In this document: positions 11,629 to 24,604 of the stretch, in pieces
Position numbering within the stretch: position 1 is the stretch's first letter
How the letters are laid out: each line of letters starts with the position of its first letter
NCBI GenBank assembly: GCA_051453625.1
Contig: JBOZIK010000001.1
Span: 13,674,620 to 13,712,454 of the forward strand
Length of the DNA stretch: 37,835 bases
Direction of reading: 5' to 3'
From: Welwitschia mirabilis
Taxonomy: Eukaryota
Program-made: the position numbers and the translations under genes
The notes under the pieces: generated by a model
Database searches by the model: none
Seen by the model: only the letters and a program-made list of their open reading frames with translations
Told to the model about the DNA's origin: nothing

Positions 11629-14040
11629 ATCCACTTCTAGTCCATTAGGTATGCTACATCTTGACATAGTTAGTTCTTTGCAAACTAAAAGTCTTAAAAG
11701 AAAATGGTACTATTTTACCATTATTGATGATTACTCTTTCTTTACATGGTTATACTTCCATGATTACAAGAAGAAAGATTTTAATTATTTTACTAAGTTA
11801 TGAATTTTATTATAAAATAAATAATTGTACCACATCATGTTCACTTGAAGTAACAATGACAAAGAATTTAAGAATGCATGTTTTAAGGAATCATGTAAAT
11901 GACATTGAATACATCATCAATTTTCAACTCCAAGAACAACATAATAAAACAAAATTATGGAGTAAAAAAATAGACAACTAAATGAAATGATGAGAAACAT
12001 GTCATATGATCAAAAGGTATGTTATCACTTTTGGGTAAAATTTGTGAACACTACTTGGTATGTTCAAATAATATTTTTGTAAGACAATTTATAACTAAGA
12101 CTCTGTATGAGTTACAATATCATAAGAAACTACTAATAATTTAATTTAATGTTTTAGGATATAAATGTTCTATTTTAAATGAAAAGGATTAGCTTAGAAA
12201 GTTTGATATCAAGGTCATCCAAGGTATTCTCCTTGGGTAGTCTATGACAAGAAAAGCTTACAGATTCTAAATGTAGAAGAAATAAATAATGTAAAAATTA
12301 CTAAAGCTCACATACAAAATTCTTGTTATGTCTAGGAGGATGGGGATGATGAAGAATAAAATAAATACATCTCTAAAGTAAAATCATCTAACATTGATAG
12401 TGACATAGATAATGATAAAAATCCATGATTATTAAAGCCTTAAAAAATAAGTAGATTAGAGAAACAAACTCTTAGAAATATCATAAAAGCGCCTATAGTG
12501 GTTTTAAAATGAGGAAGTCATAACAAGAATTTTATGGGAATATTTATTACATGTTTTAAGTAGAATTCCAAAGTTTTAGAGATGACGAGGAGGATGAAAG
12601 CTAGATGTTAGCGGTGCAAGATGAGTTAAGTCAATTTCAAAGATGTGATATGTAAAAGTTAATGCTTAGAGATCCCAATCATAGGGATAAAATGTGTATT
12701 CAAAAAAAGAAAGGATGAGAATGGGAATGTGGTCACACACAAAGCATGTCTTCTTATAAGAGGTTACCACCAATATGAGGGAACTAACTTTAAAAAAATC
12801 TTTACAAATATTGCAAAATGGAATGAATTAGAATGCTAATGGCTTTTACATGCTACAAAGTATTCATACTACATCAACCTAACGGTTTTATTAACTCATA
12901 TAAAGGTGATTATATTGAGAGGTTAACAAAGGATCTTTGAAGATTAAATTAAGTAACCCTAGCATGGTATAAATGTTTTTCCAAATGTCTCATTAATAAC
13001 AGATTCAAAAGAGGCACATTAGATGTGACCTTATTAGTAAAAGCCATCAACCATGATTTTGTAGTAATTGAAATATATGCATATGACATCTTCTTTGGTG
13101 CTATTAATCATCCTTATATAAGATGTTTTCGATGATAATACAAGACAAATTTGAAATGAGCATAATTAGGGAAGTGAACAACTTGCTTAGACTGCAAGTT
13201 ACAGAGAACAAGAAAGGTATATTTATTTTTTAATCAAGTTATGTTAAGAATCTATTGGATAAATACAAGTAATAAGATATGAAGCCTAAAGGATCTATTA
13301 TGATCTTAACTAAAAATCTAAATAAGGATGAACTTGGTAAGAAGATGAATCAAAAGATATATATAGGTATGATAGAAAATTTACTTTATCTTACTACCAT
13401 TAGACCTAACATAATGCTTAGCATAGGTATATGTAATCATTATTAAAGTGATTCCAAGGAATCACATTTAAAGTTAGTTAAACAAATTTTTCATTATTTG
13501 AAAGGTACCATTAATTAGGCTCTTTAATATTTTACAAACTCTTACCTTGATATTATTAGGTATGGTAACATAGATTTTCCAACTTGTTAAAATGATAGAA
13601 TAATTATAATTTATTATTGCAATGTCTTATTTAGTGCCTGGAGTTATGGAACAAAAAGAAATAAAATTTCACAACATTATCCATTGTAGAAGCTAAATGC
13701 ATTACTATTGAAATCTATGGTGTATAAGTGCTCTAGATGAAACAAGCTCTTAAGAACTTTAGTGTGATAATGGAGCACATTCTAGTGTAGTGTAATATTA
13801 AGAGATAATAAGAGATAATAAGAGTTCCATTGACATTTTAAAGAATCTAATTTAAACTCAAGAACTAAACACATAGTGATCTATCACCATTTTCTGTGTG
13901 CTTACATATGGAGTGGATACATCATATTGGAATATGTCATAAAAAATGATCAACTAGATAATATTTTTAGCAAACATATGAATGAATTAATATTTAATAA
14001 GTTATGCAGATATTTGTGGATTTGCCATGCTCAATTAGAT
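11629..14040 (+). pseudogene. Element C: Ty1/copia (SIRE/Maximus-like) pol remnant, INT-RT-RH
   Basis: STSSPLGMLHLD..IIDDYS, HQFSTPRTT**N (copia HEFSAPRTPQQN), DES*MLAVQDELSQFQR, IGIKCVFK..DENG..KACL..GY, IEIYAYDIFFGA (QIYVDDIIFGS), SRTKHI, DQLDNIFSK. Integrase precedes RT, the copia order. Confidence 0.9.
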
Positions 14041-15787
14041 CAATTATAGGTATATACCTTTTTGTAGGTCCTAGTAGCGATTTATTGTAAATATATATAT
14101 TTTAGAGTTGTCACACATTAGTTTTATATTCTTTATGCACTTTATGATCATTTTCAAATATACAAAGCCTATAACAATCATCCATGCTCTAAACAAGCTA
14201 GATGTTTTTTCATACTAGCTCTTGGAAACTAGTATAAAAAAGATCTAGATCATTTATAATACATGTATTATCTTCCATTAAAAAAAGGAATCATAGTAAT
14301 TACAAAGGAAGTAAGGAATATTAATAGGAATACAATTAGGAAAAAAAGCATTCCAAAACATATTTGCTAAGGAAATAGTTAGTAAGAAGAAAAAGCCCTT
14401 ATTAGATTTTGAGAAAATGGAAATACCAATTTCCTCTAATAATAGTGATGAACATGGAAGAAATAATAGTATAGAGACAAAGGAGGACCAACATCATTAA
14501 GACATAAATTATAAATTAAGTCATGAAGAGAATTTCCATAATCAAAGACACACATAGTTCAAGAATAGATTTAAGAAATTATAGACTAGTCATTAAGTGA
14601 GTTAAACATACTATTTTGGGCTTGTTGCCCTAGTAAAGTTAGGATACCCAAATAAGCATAATAGTCTTCTATTAACTCACCACCATAAGTTCCTTCATCT
14701 CAAATAAAGGTGTCAATAGGTACTTGAGATTAAGCCTAAGATGCAATTGCTAGTTTATTTAGTACATTTATTATACCATAAACTTACTCCAAGATTTGTT
14801 GATAAGCTACCCAATTAGTTACTTAAATAAAAAGAAAGCAATAACATCCTCTAAGTTACATTTTTCAATAGAAAAATTCTTTGTTGTATGGCATACATAA
14901 AGAATCATTTCTTAAATACTATGATGATATAGATGNNNNNNNNNNNNNNNNNNNNNNNNNNNNNNNNNNNNNNNNNNNNNNNNNNNNNNNNNNNNNNNNN
15001 NNNNNNNNNNNNNNNNNNNNNNNNNNNNNNNNNNNTTCTTTGTTGTATGACATACATCAAGAATCATTTCTTAAACACTATGATGATATAGATGATAGTA
15101 ATTAATATAACTAACTATACATTACAGAGTTGGACTTTGATGCTTTTCCTAGTGAGCAATGCCTTATGAGTCCAAATAGGAGAAGAAGGTAAATGTCAAA
15201 GGTTATAAATAGATCTAGTTATAGACATCTATCCATGATTATTAGGAATTTGATGATTTACATACATCAAAGATGTCATTACATTATCATTTCTTTTGCA
15301 TAATGTCATTACATTGTCTTCCTTTGCATTAGCTTGATCAAAATAGATTTTGTATCTTTGTGCTCATGTTACATCATGGTATTTTTGTCTTTGCTATTGC
15401 ACTTGATTGTAAAATTTATTATATTCTATTTCATAACAATTTTAACTTAGTACATATTATTCTCTTATGGCTTAAAATTTTAGTACTTTTGTCATGCTAC
15501 AGATTTTTTATTGTTTAGTTAAGAATGAATACTTCTAACAAATTTGCTATGTTTTAACCATTATTAAAAACAAAAATATTATTAATTTATCTAGTTTTGA
15601 TGTGCTAAACTTCTTAAATTTTATCTTATGTATGTGCAAAGATCATGTAGTTGAAATTTAAGTTAAGTGTAATGAAGATGTCTAAAGAGATGAAAGATGT
15701 CTATCACATGTGAAGATATCATTAGAAGTTAAAGATTTCTGTAAGAAATCTAGTATGTATAGTTTAGAATTTATGTTTTAATTAGTG
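14041..15787 (+). mobile_element. Element C 3' region: possible env-like remnant, decayed PPT (about 15566-15579) and start of the 3' LTR (about 15580)
   Basis: About 1.5 kb follow pol, with charged codon-like stretches (FAKEIVSKKKKPLLDFEK..SDEH). CCATTATTAAAAACAAAAATAT|TATT resembles a G>A-eroded SIRE TCATCATCAAAAAGGGGGAGAT|TGTT, followed by GTTTTGATG. Confidence 0.45.
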
Positions 15788-17096
15788 TGATGTGTGTTTT
15801 AGGGCTGAATTAGCACTATTTCATAGTGTTTTAAAGCATGTTTTTAGGCTTAATTGACAAGTTTCTAAGGGATTTATGGTAATTATGCATAGGTATTATG
15901 ACAATTATGGATACATAGATTTTTAACATAAATTATCCATTTTTGGATGTTTTTATAGACTTCTCTATTCTTGATCCTTTAGGTAAAGTAAGGATGGTCA
16001 CAATTTAATGTTCTGAATAGTCATATTCAAGAGATATTTTAATCATGACATCGTGATAAGCTTATGGAAACCAACATGACTTATAAAGATGTTTAAAGGC
16101 TAATTTTAATACTTGAAAATCTCATAGATTAATTTCAGAGTAAGGAAGGTTGATCAAAGATTAGAATGATGAAGAAAGAACTTCATCCAAAAGGTTGCCT
16201 TGATGGACATGGTAGGACAACTAATCCTAGAAGCTAATAAAATCACATTATTTCCTAAGCATTCGCTCGAGTTCCCTAGATGAAAGTAGACAGATGACTA
16301 TCAATAGCTACATCAAGAAGGCATATGGAACGTAGTTACTAGTAGTTTAATATTGTCCTCTATGGTCATTTGGATGAATCCTAAAAGTATTCCCACTTTA
16401 ACAAATATGAAAACTAATCTAATTATTACCAAATTATTAATATAATAATGTATTTTTTCATTTGCACATAATTTCATTTCAAACCACTGGTCTAAACTAT
16501 AAATACCTCCTTAGGAATTTATTAATTATGCATCAAGTAATCTTGTGTGATTTGGAGTTAAATTAGGTAAGAAATCTATCTAACTTATAAGAAGAGATTT
16601 TCTTAGTATTGGGTTGAGACTCATTCATTAAGAGGTGATTACTTTTAAGTGTATGTTGTACATTTTCATTAATAAAACCAATTTATTTCTCTCAAGTTTC
16701 TTTCTTCTCTTTAAGTTAATGTGTAATTAGGTTAACTTTAATTTTGATAAAGGATATGAGGGCCCACCTAAATGATAATAACTTGGTATACTTGATTAAT
16801 TAATTGCATTTAGGATTGTATTTCATTCTTACATTGTCATTTCATTTTCACTTAACAATCCATTGCATTTCTTTAATCATTACATTATCATTACTTTTCA
16901 TTATAAAATTTAACAACATATCAATTCTTTTCTTTTTGAATAAATAAATTTCTTAAATAAACATTGAATTCTTTATGAGTTTATGAGATTAGACTAACTT
17001 CCTATACTATAGTGTCTTTGTGTGAATTACATATTTAAGATTGCAAGTTATTATTAAAGATAGTTAATTTATTTAAAAATCACATGATCTACATCA
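15788..17096 (+). mobile_element. Element D: solo LTR, 1309 bp
   Basis: Termini TGATGT...ACATCA form a perfect 6-bp inverted repeat. Flanks TAGTG and TAATA differ only by two G>A changes (decayed 5-bp TSD). CTATAAATACC at 16497. Confidence 0.65.
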
Positions 17097-17299
17097 TAAT
17101 AGATTAGAATCATTACTAAGGAGGAATTCAAAGAAAGTTTAAAACATTAATTCTCACTACTTAAGTAATTGATTTAATTTTAAGTTGATTATTAAAGTGG
17201 TGTTGTATCATATTTCCAAGTTGGATCTGCTTAAATACACTTTATTACCTCCTGGGGTTTATAAGTATTCACTTGATTATTCTAATTTGGGGTGTAACA

Positions 17300-17929
17300 T
17301 ACCCTTTTATTTCTTACATATTATTTCAATTTAAGAAATTTATTTTTTTAGTTATTATTATTAAACTTAACCTACTTTTAATTTAAGAGATTATCCCTTG
17401 GATCTATTCTCTTTGGAAGAGACTACCATTCTTTATTTAGATCTATTTTTCATACTTTATGTGATCTTAGAAATTACAAAATTTCTATATAAATTTTGCC
17501 TTTTGCTTCATGCAATCTAAGTAATTATTAGATCCATTGTTGGTGGAACCTAGTTCTTATCCCTTAAGTAATCTTAAAGATTGTTGGCCCTTAGATCTAG
17601 AAAAATTTATTAACATGTTTATGACTTCATAGGAAAATAGTAAAGAATTTTAAAGAGAATCACTTTGACAAAGAAACTATTAAAGAAGGTCTAGTGGATT
17701 TTAATTCAAGAACTTAAGGTAAGAAAAAAAAGTTTATTTAAAGAATTAAATAAGACTATTTTTCTATGTTTAGTATTTCTCGTTCACACATCCTACTCAT
17801 TCTAAAGTTCCTTCTACTTCAAATAATCCTCCACTTGCTTCTAAGAATTCTTCACCTTAAAAAACTTCTTTAAGTTCTTCAAATCATTTGTTAACTTCTT
17901 CAAGAAAATCTTCTTCTAATGTAGCTTGC
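17300..17929 (+). mobile_element. Element E left part: possible LTR end and PBS, plus gag N-terminus
   Basis: KETIKEGLVDF (about 17670-17702) matches ENIREGLVDF of B gag and TNIKEEFVD of J, followed by a Ser-rich linker. Weak PBS-like CCATTGTTGGTGGA at about 17534. Confidence 0.55.
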
Positions 17930-19344
17930 TGTTTACATACAAAAATTGGCATTCCAAGTAAGTACATTTGAATAATTTTGCATAGGAAAGGATATTAATA
18001 TTATTTCTTTATCATAAAATTATGTCTTATACCCTTTTTATTATATTTCATGTAATTATGAACTTTCCCATAATATGTTCAAGTTTATTGCTACCTTATG
18101 AAAGACATTCTACAAACTAAATAAAGTCTAGTAAACAATGCCAATGATGCTATCTAGGTTATTAGCACTGTTAGGTTTTTTAGGTAGAATCAGTGCTAGA
18201 ATTAGTGCATACTTATGTTATTGCATATTTTTGAAAATTTCATTACATTACACTTATGGCTCATTTAGATGTTAAATTAGAATAGACCTTTAACTTTTAT
18301 GACACATGGTAGAAGTATAAAATGACATGTGATAGTAACAAAGATAATGACATGGAGGATATATGGCATGATACCCTATGGTGGCTAAATCATCATTCAA
18401 GTGATATGTCATCACCTCTCTTTTGTAAGAAGATAAAGGAATCTTTTATTAAGTCTATATACCAAAATTTGTAACTTCCTCCTTAAGTAACTATTTAATT
18501 GTAATCATTCTTATTTAATTGCCCATCAACCCCTACATTTAAGCCTTTTAGCATCTATAAAAGGGCCTTAAGCCCTCATTGTAATGAATATTTTGGTTGG
18601 TAAAAAATTGTGGAAAGACACAAAGCATTAGGAAATCATAGAATTCTTTGTGCCTCCCTTGGGAGTTGATTTGTTTCAAGGCTAGTTAAGGAGTCCATTC
18701 AATTTCACCTTCCTATCTTACAAATATTAATATAAGATTAGTTCATTCTTTTATTATAAATGCATATTAATCTAGTATTAACAATATTTAGGTTATTCTA
18801 GTTCTTGTTTATTAAAGTAGCTATTTAGTCTTTGATTTCTAGTGCATACTCATACATTACTATTAATTCTTAGATGAGACTACATCATCAAGACTCTTAG
18901 AACTGAGTGAATTTTCTAAGATTAACTTTTGGTCATAGTTATGGTCATGTTAAACTTTCTATATTTATGGAGGATTATGAAGGACTAAGTAACTATTAAA
19001 TTAACCAACACTCATGTAGTAAATGATATTATGTTATTATGACCAAGCTATAATAACTTGATGATATTAGTTTATAGGAATATAAGAATCCTTAGAGTGA
19101 AGGTGGAGCATTGGATAAATCATGATAACTTTGAAGCACATTCATTTTCCTATGTCATCAACCAAAGTTCATATCACAATAGATTCTCAAGCATTGATTT
19201 TATAGTTTGTTTGATTTTTATTATAATTCAGGATTCTTATGTTACTTTTGATTATTTACAACATATATATTCCTATGAAAGAAAGATACTAGATGTCCAT
19301 CTAATTTTAAATCTAGTTCATTGCTATACCACGAATAAGATCTT
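17930..19344 (+). repeat. Element F 5' LTR
   Basis: Starts TGTTTACATACAAAAATTGGCATTC. Shares CTATAAAAGGGCCTT.AGCCCTCATT, TAAATGATATTATGT and TTTAAATCTAGTTCATTG in the same order with 23245-24604. Confidence 0.7.
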
Positions 19345-19362
19345 TAGTATCATTATCAGAGA
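19345..19362 (+). promoter_or_regulatory. Element F PBS, tRNA-Asp type, heavily decayed
   Basis: TAGTATCATTATCAGAGA versus TGGCGCCGTTGCCGGGGA: 9 differences, every one C>T or G>A, at the expected position after the LTR. Confidence 0.65.
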
Positions 19363-20460
19363 TATTAACATAGTAGATTTTTGAAAAGTGCATATTTTTA
19401 TTCTTGAAAATTTTCAATTTAGTTTTTATTTTTTAGTGGTTGGTACTAATCCTCTTGTAGTGATACTTGAACTAGTCCTTTTATTTTTATTTTATGTATT
19501 TATTTAATTTTATTTTCTTTCTAGTGATTGGTATTGGTTCTTCTCTAGAGATATCTGAACTAGTCTAATTTTTTTAGTTTTATTTAGTTTTTATGCTCTA
19601 ATTTAAAATTAATTTCTACATTTGATATTTTATGTTATAGATTTAACGATTTTTCTATAGGTCTCAAACAAAATCAGAATTTCAAAAAATGAGAAAAACT
19701 AAAATTTAACTTAACATTGTGTATTTTGTGTTTTGTGTTTCCTATAAATTTATTTTTTCTAAGTTTTAGCTTTTGTTTTATTAAATTTTAATGGAATATT
19801 TAAAAAATTAAAAACAATATTTAGAGTTTATTTTCTTAAGTTGTATTTATCAATTTATGATTTATTCTTTTTTTTAAAAGATTTTTCAGACCCTACAATT
19901 TGAATCAGTTTATATAGCCAAGAATGTAATGCCTCCATTTTTTTTTTAAAATCATTTATCTAAAAATGACAAGCACTACCTTAACTGATACAACTAGCTT
20001 TTTGGTGATTATATCAATCAAATTTTATTTACAATCTCTTTTAGACCTCTTGAAACCTTTTTGATATTGAGCCTCCCCTAAAACCTTAAAAATTCATGAA
20101 AATATAACCTTTTAGTGAATTTCATATAATGTTTTATGAAACTTGACATGGATGGGGAAAGTGATCCCTTTAGAAGACTATACAAAGTGACTTTTAAACT
20201 TTGCTCTACTTATGAAAACTATGAAAACAACATGACTTGTCTAATCATGTTCAACCTAAGAAAAGTTAGGGGACTACCTTCAATGTAATTACAACAACAC
20301 TTACCCTTTTAAATCTCATAATCCTTCTAATATTAGGAAAGCCTTACGGGAATATCTTAAAAACCTAGAACCCCTCCATACCTAGATCAACCTATGTATA
20401 ATTATAAATCTAAAAATATTATTTTAATCAAATAAAGTTTGATTTCATGCTTCTAATGCC

Positions 20461-21003
20461 CCTTATAACCCTTACCCTTCATCTTCCTTTTCATATTACT
20501 CATCCCTTAATCAATACCATCCATCTTCCTACTCTCAATAATCCTCTTTAAAATCCTTAGAAAATTCCCTACAAAGTTTCTTAGAAAGTGTTTCCCAAAT
20601 TCATTCCAACACGTCTTTGCTTTAACTACCCTTATGTTTTCAAAATAAAACAATAAAGAAAACCATGAATTCTCATAAGCAAATGATATAATATCTTGAA
20701 TAAAGTTTTCAAAACCAAACTTAACTTCTTCAATAAATTCTCTCTTCTTTGAATCACAGTGATTCTGAAAACCAATCTGACATTAACCAATAAGAAGAAG
20801 AAAACCTTCCTACATTTCATGAACCTAAGAGCCTTAAAAATTTTAAAAGGATTAATGATAATAAAATTAATAATACCCAAGCCATATCATTTTAGAATGA
20901 GAAAGAAACCAATGAGGAAACCCATGAGGATCTTCAGTTTAAAAATGAATTAGAAAGTAAACAATATTACATGTAAGAACATTATATTTTGGTAGAGAAT
21001 TAA
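20461..21003 (+). pseudogene. Element F internal ORF remnant resembling the gag C-terminal region (Pro/Ser-rich, coiled coil, acidic)
   Basis: A single 181-codon frame PYNPYPSS..SLENSLQSFLESVSQ..MI*YLE*SFQNQT*LLQ*ILSSL..EEENLP..NEKETNEETHED. Its 10 stops are all TAA or TAG and revert to Gln codons. Confidence 0.55.
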
Positions 21004-22270
21004 ACATACTAGATGCTAAGAAATCATTAGAAGATGAGAAATCATTTGAGAAATGCTACAACTTAGAGAGTTACACAATAGAGGATAAGTCATTAAATGA
21101 TATCAATAATACAACCATTGTCACTTGCGTAATTACATAAGGAAGAATTCACTAGCAACCTTGATGAAGAGAGGAATACTAGAAAATAACCCATGCATGA
21201 TTCATCCTATGAATAACATCTTTCTTAAGAAACTCTTAAACTAACTATGTTACTTTCATCTTCATTTTCTAAGCAAGACTCAATCCTTAATAAAGAATAT
21301 AAACCTTCTTTAGCTTTGAAATCATTTTCTAATAATCTACTTAATGAAAATTCACCTTGTTAAGTGGTTTCAAATTCATCTTTGTATTTATCTCAAAATA
21401 ATATCTTACATAAGTTGTTGAATAAACATAAACAAGCTAAAAGATAGACTATTTCTGTTTTTGAATGCATAGACCTTTTTACTTGTACTAATTTTCTTTC
21501 TATTTACAACTCTTGTATAAAAATTTACATGGATTCTCTTCTAATTTAAAATGCTTTGCAAAGTTTTAATCATCTAACCTTTGCTTCTATGCTTTTAAGT
21601 TACTTTCCACACATCACCTTGAAAAATTCCTTTTAAACTTTTTTCTAGTTTCTATATTTGATTTTCCCTTTAAATTATATTTTCTTTTTAGGATATTTTT
21701 AGGTTGGAAAAAGATAAAAATGTTAAAAATATTTGTGCTTGATAGCCTCTCTCATCTAAAAACACCTAAACACTACAAGTTGTATAATCATCACCTTAAA
21801 CCCTTTCATTTTAGAAACCCCAAATACACCCTCACCATCGAATAAGCCATCATCATCTTAAACCTTATCATTCNNNNNNNNNNNNNNNNNNNNNNNNNNN
21901 NNNNNNNNNNNNNNNNNNNNNNNNNNNNNNNNNNNNNNNNNNNNNNNNNNNNNNNNNNNNNNNNNNNNNNNNNNNNNNNNNNNNNNNNNNNNNNNNNNNN
22001 NNNNNNNNNNNNNNNNAATGGTTATAATTAAGTATATTTATAGATTTTTAAGGAAAAGTTATACTTATCTTGAGGATTGTTAAATTTACATTTGCTTAAG
22101 ATCATTAATTTTGGAAAAACATGGCTAAAAAAAGATGGAATCCACCTTTATATTATGTTACTTATGTTGAAAGCTTTTAATGAGGAGAAGATCTTTCTTG
22201 ATTAGGTTCATGAGCCAATTACCCCTTTATGTGCAGTAAAAAATAAATATGAGAAGAAGAATAAAAAGAA

Positions 22271-22292
22271 ATATATATATATATATATATAT
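22271..22292. repeat. (AT)n microsatellite
   Basis: Direct reading; about 11 units. Confidence 0.9.
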
Positions 22293-23244
22293 TCTCCAAA
22301 TGCATATCTTATTGATCACTTAATTAGATTTAGTTAGTTGNNNNNNNNNNTATGAATGCTTGCTGGCAATGTAGCTCTAATGATGTATTTATGATATAAT
22401 CAATTGCATTGGGGCTATAAATGCTTGCTAAAAATGTAGCATTGATTTCTTTATCAAACAACATGCTTAACTCTATTCAAATAAAATGTTATAACACTAG
22501 ATGCTCAATGTGATCCAAAGGCTTAAAACAAATGACATATATGTTGTTAGAAAAGGAAAATAAAGGAAAGGAAATAATGAGACTTGGAGGCCTTATGAGT
22601 TCTATTGCTTTTGACTTTCATACTTAGAATTGGTTGCAATTTCTTGAATTTATATAGCTTTTTTGGTTGATATTATGCTTACTTTATATTAAGATCCATT
22701 AAAAAATAACAAAAATTTAATAAAGATCATAGACTTAGGTAGCTTATCTCCTTTATTCATTGGTTGCATGGTTGAGTTGTTTGCCATATCATCATTATCG
22801 ATATCCATCACTCATTCTACTTCACGCCATTTCATGAGCAATATCATCATAAGGCATAAAATAATTGATTTTTTATTGATAATTTTTAGGAAAAAGTGAA
22901 AAAATGATGGTCTCAATTTAAGTATTTTTTTTCTTTTTTATAGCTTAGTTGCATCGCTTTCTTTCAATAAAAGGACTTCTCGAGATTTTTCTAAGGATAT
23001 GTTCTTAAAATAGTATTAATAATTTATATTATGAAACTTTAAGGATAAAGTTCTATTTTGCCTAGGGGTATGGAATTCATTTTTCATAAAAGTTTTAATT
23101 TTTCATGCCTTAATATCAGTTATAAATTTTTCAAATATATATCATTTTCACACTTGAGTGTTTTTCCTTAGGTAATTTTTCCATGTTAATCATTTTGTTA
23201 TCAATTTTTTGCTAAGAGTTTAGCAAAAGTCTAGGCAAGAGAAA

Positions 23245-24604
23245 TGTGAACATGTAAAAATTGACATTCTAATCAAGTTATTTAATTAATTTATCTTAAT
23301 AGAAGATATTAATATAATTAATTTATCATAAAAACATGTCTTTTATTGATTCTATATAATAATTATGAACTTATCATCTTTCCATGACATTTTTGGGATA
23401 ACTATTTCATTAAGAAGAATGCCATAAAATTTGAACATCATTCAGTATTAAATGCCAATGCCACTACCTAGATCCCTAATCTTGCAAGTTCTTTTGAGCC
23501 AATTATCTCAAATCTCATGTTTTCAACTCATCATGTAAAATTCAGCTAGATGCAATTATGGGCTTATACAAATTTCACATTAGAAGTAACTTGCATTTTT
23601 TACAACTTGTGATGGTAATGATAATGACCCATAGTAGCTACATGTGGCATTGCTAAATAGCATAATTGTGAAGACACATTGCAATAATAATAGCAGCATC
23701 TAAAAGCCAAGTATTAGGCTTGTCATGATGATTCCTATTTAATGCAAAATAACAAAAATCCTAACTAATGCTACATGACATATTTTGTAACTGCTTGTCT
23801 AACAGTATAAGAGAAAGGATTATAATCATTTCCCATCTCATGTTTGCCTATAAAAGGGCCTTGAGCCCTCATTTATAACATCCTTCATTTTGATGAAGTA
23901 ATAGACTCCTCAGAGTGCCAAATTGATATAGTCTTCTGAGTACTTTCTTTGGGAAGTGAGCTTGCTTTAAGGATAGCTTGAGGAGTACTTTCTAGATTTT
24001 TTATTCTTTCATTGATGTAATGTATCTATTCTAATTTAATATAAAGTACATGTTTATTTATATTTTAAGTTACAAATATCTTATTACTTTTAATTCCTTG
24101 TAAATCTACATTATTAAGTTCTTTTATTAACTAAGTGATTTTATTAGTTAATTATTTTAAGTCTCTTCTATTTGATGGATCTTAAGTATGTCAAGTTCTT
24201 AATTTAAATGATTATTTTAAGGCTATGAATGATTAAGTAATTTTTGAATTCATCAAATCTCATATGGTAAATGATATTATGTCATCATGACTTAAGCCAT
24301 CATTACTTAATAATCTAAAATATGTTTTAGAAAGGGACAAGATAACATTAGAGTAAAGAATTGCTAGTGGATAAGTTGGGATAGACCTTAGAGCTTGCTT
24401 ACTTCCATGCCTCTCCAAATTAAGTTTTAACACATCTCTTTATTCTTTCTATTTTTATCTTTTTTAAATTATAACTTACAATTAAGTGAGAACTGTGTAA
24501 ATACTATAATCCATCCCAATTATCCTTGTGAAAGAATGATACAGAGTATTAACTCAATTTAAATCTAGTTCATTGTACTTACACAAAGACTTCTAATTAA
24601 AACA
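23245..24604 (+). repeat. Element F 3' LTR, preceded by PPT (about 23233-23244)
   Basis: TTGCTAAGAGTTTAGCAAAAGTCTAGGCAAGAGAAA|TGTGAACATG is an Athila-type pre-LTR motif. The LTR ends AAAACA (alternatively ACATCA at 24607). Confidence 0.7.

Larger units (their letters stand above)
17930..24604 (+). mobile_element. Element F: non-autonomous (pol-less) Athila-related LTR element inserted in the gag of element E
   Basis: Two related ~1.4-kb LTRs, a decayed Asp PBS and a PPT, with no RT, RH or INT motifs inside. Host gag resumes at 24605. Confidence 0.7.

Noticed and set aside
13791..13824. 10-bp tandem repeat (GATAATAAGA) in copia RNase H
   Set aside because: Ordinary slippage duplication in a dead gene.
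17288..17299. GGGGTGTAACA as a chromovirus-type LTR terminus
   Set aside because: No matching opposite terminus, PBS or chromoviral coding sequence was found.
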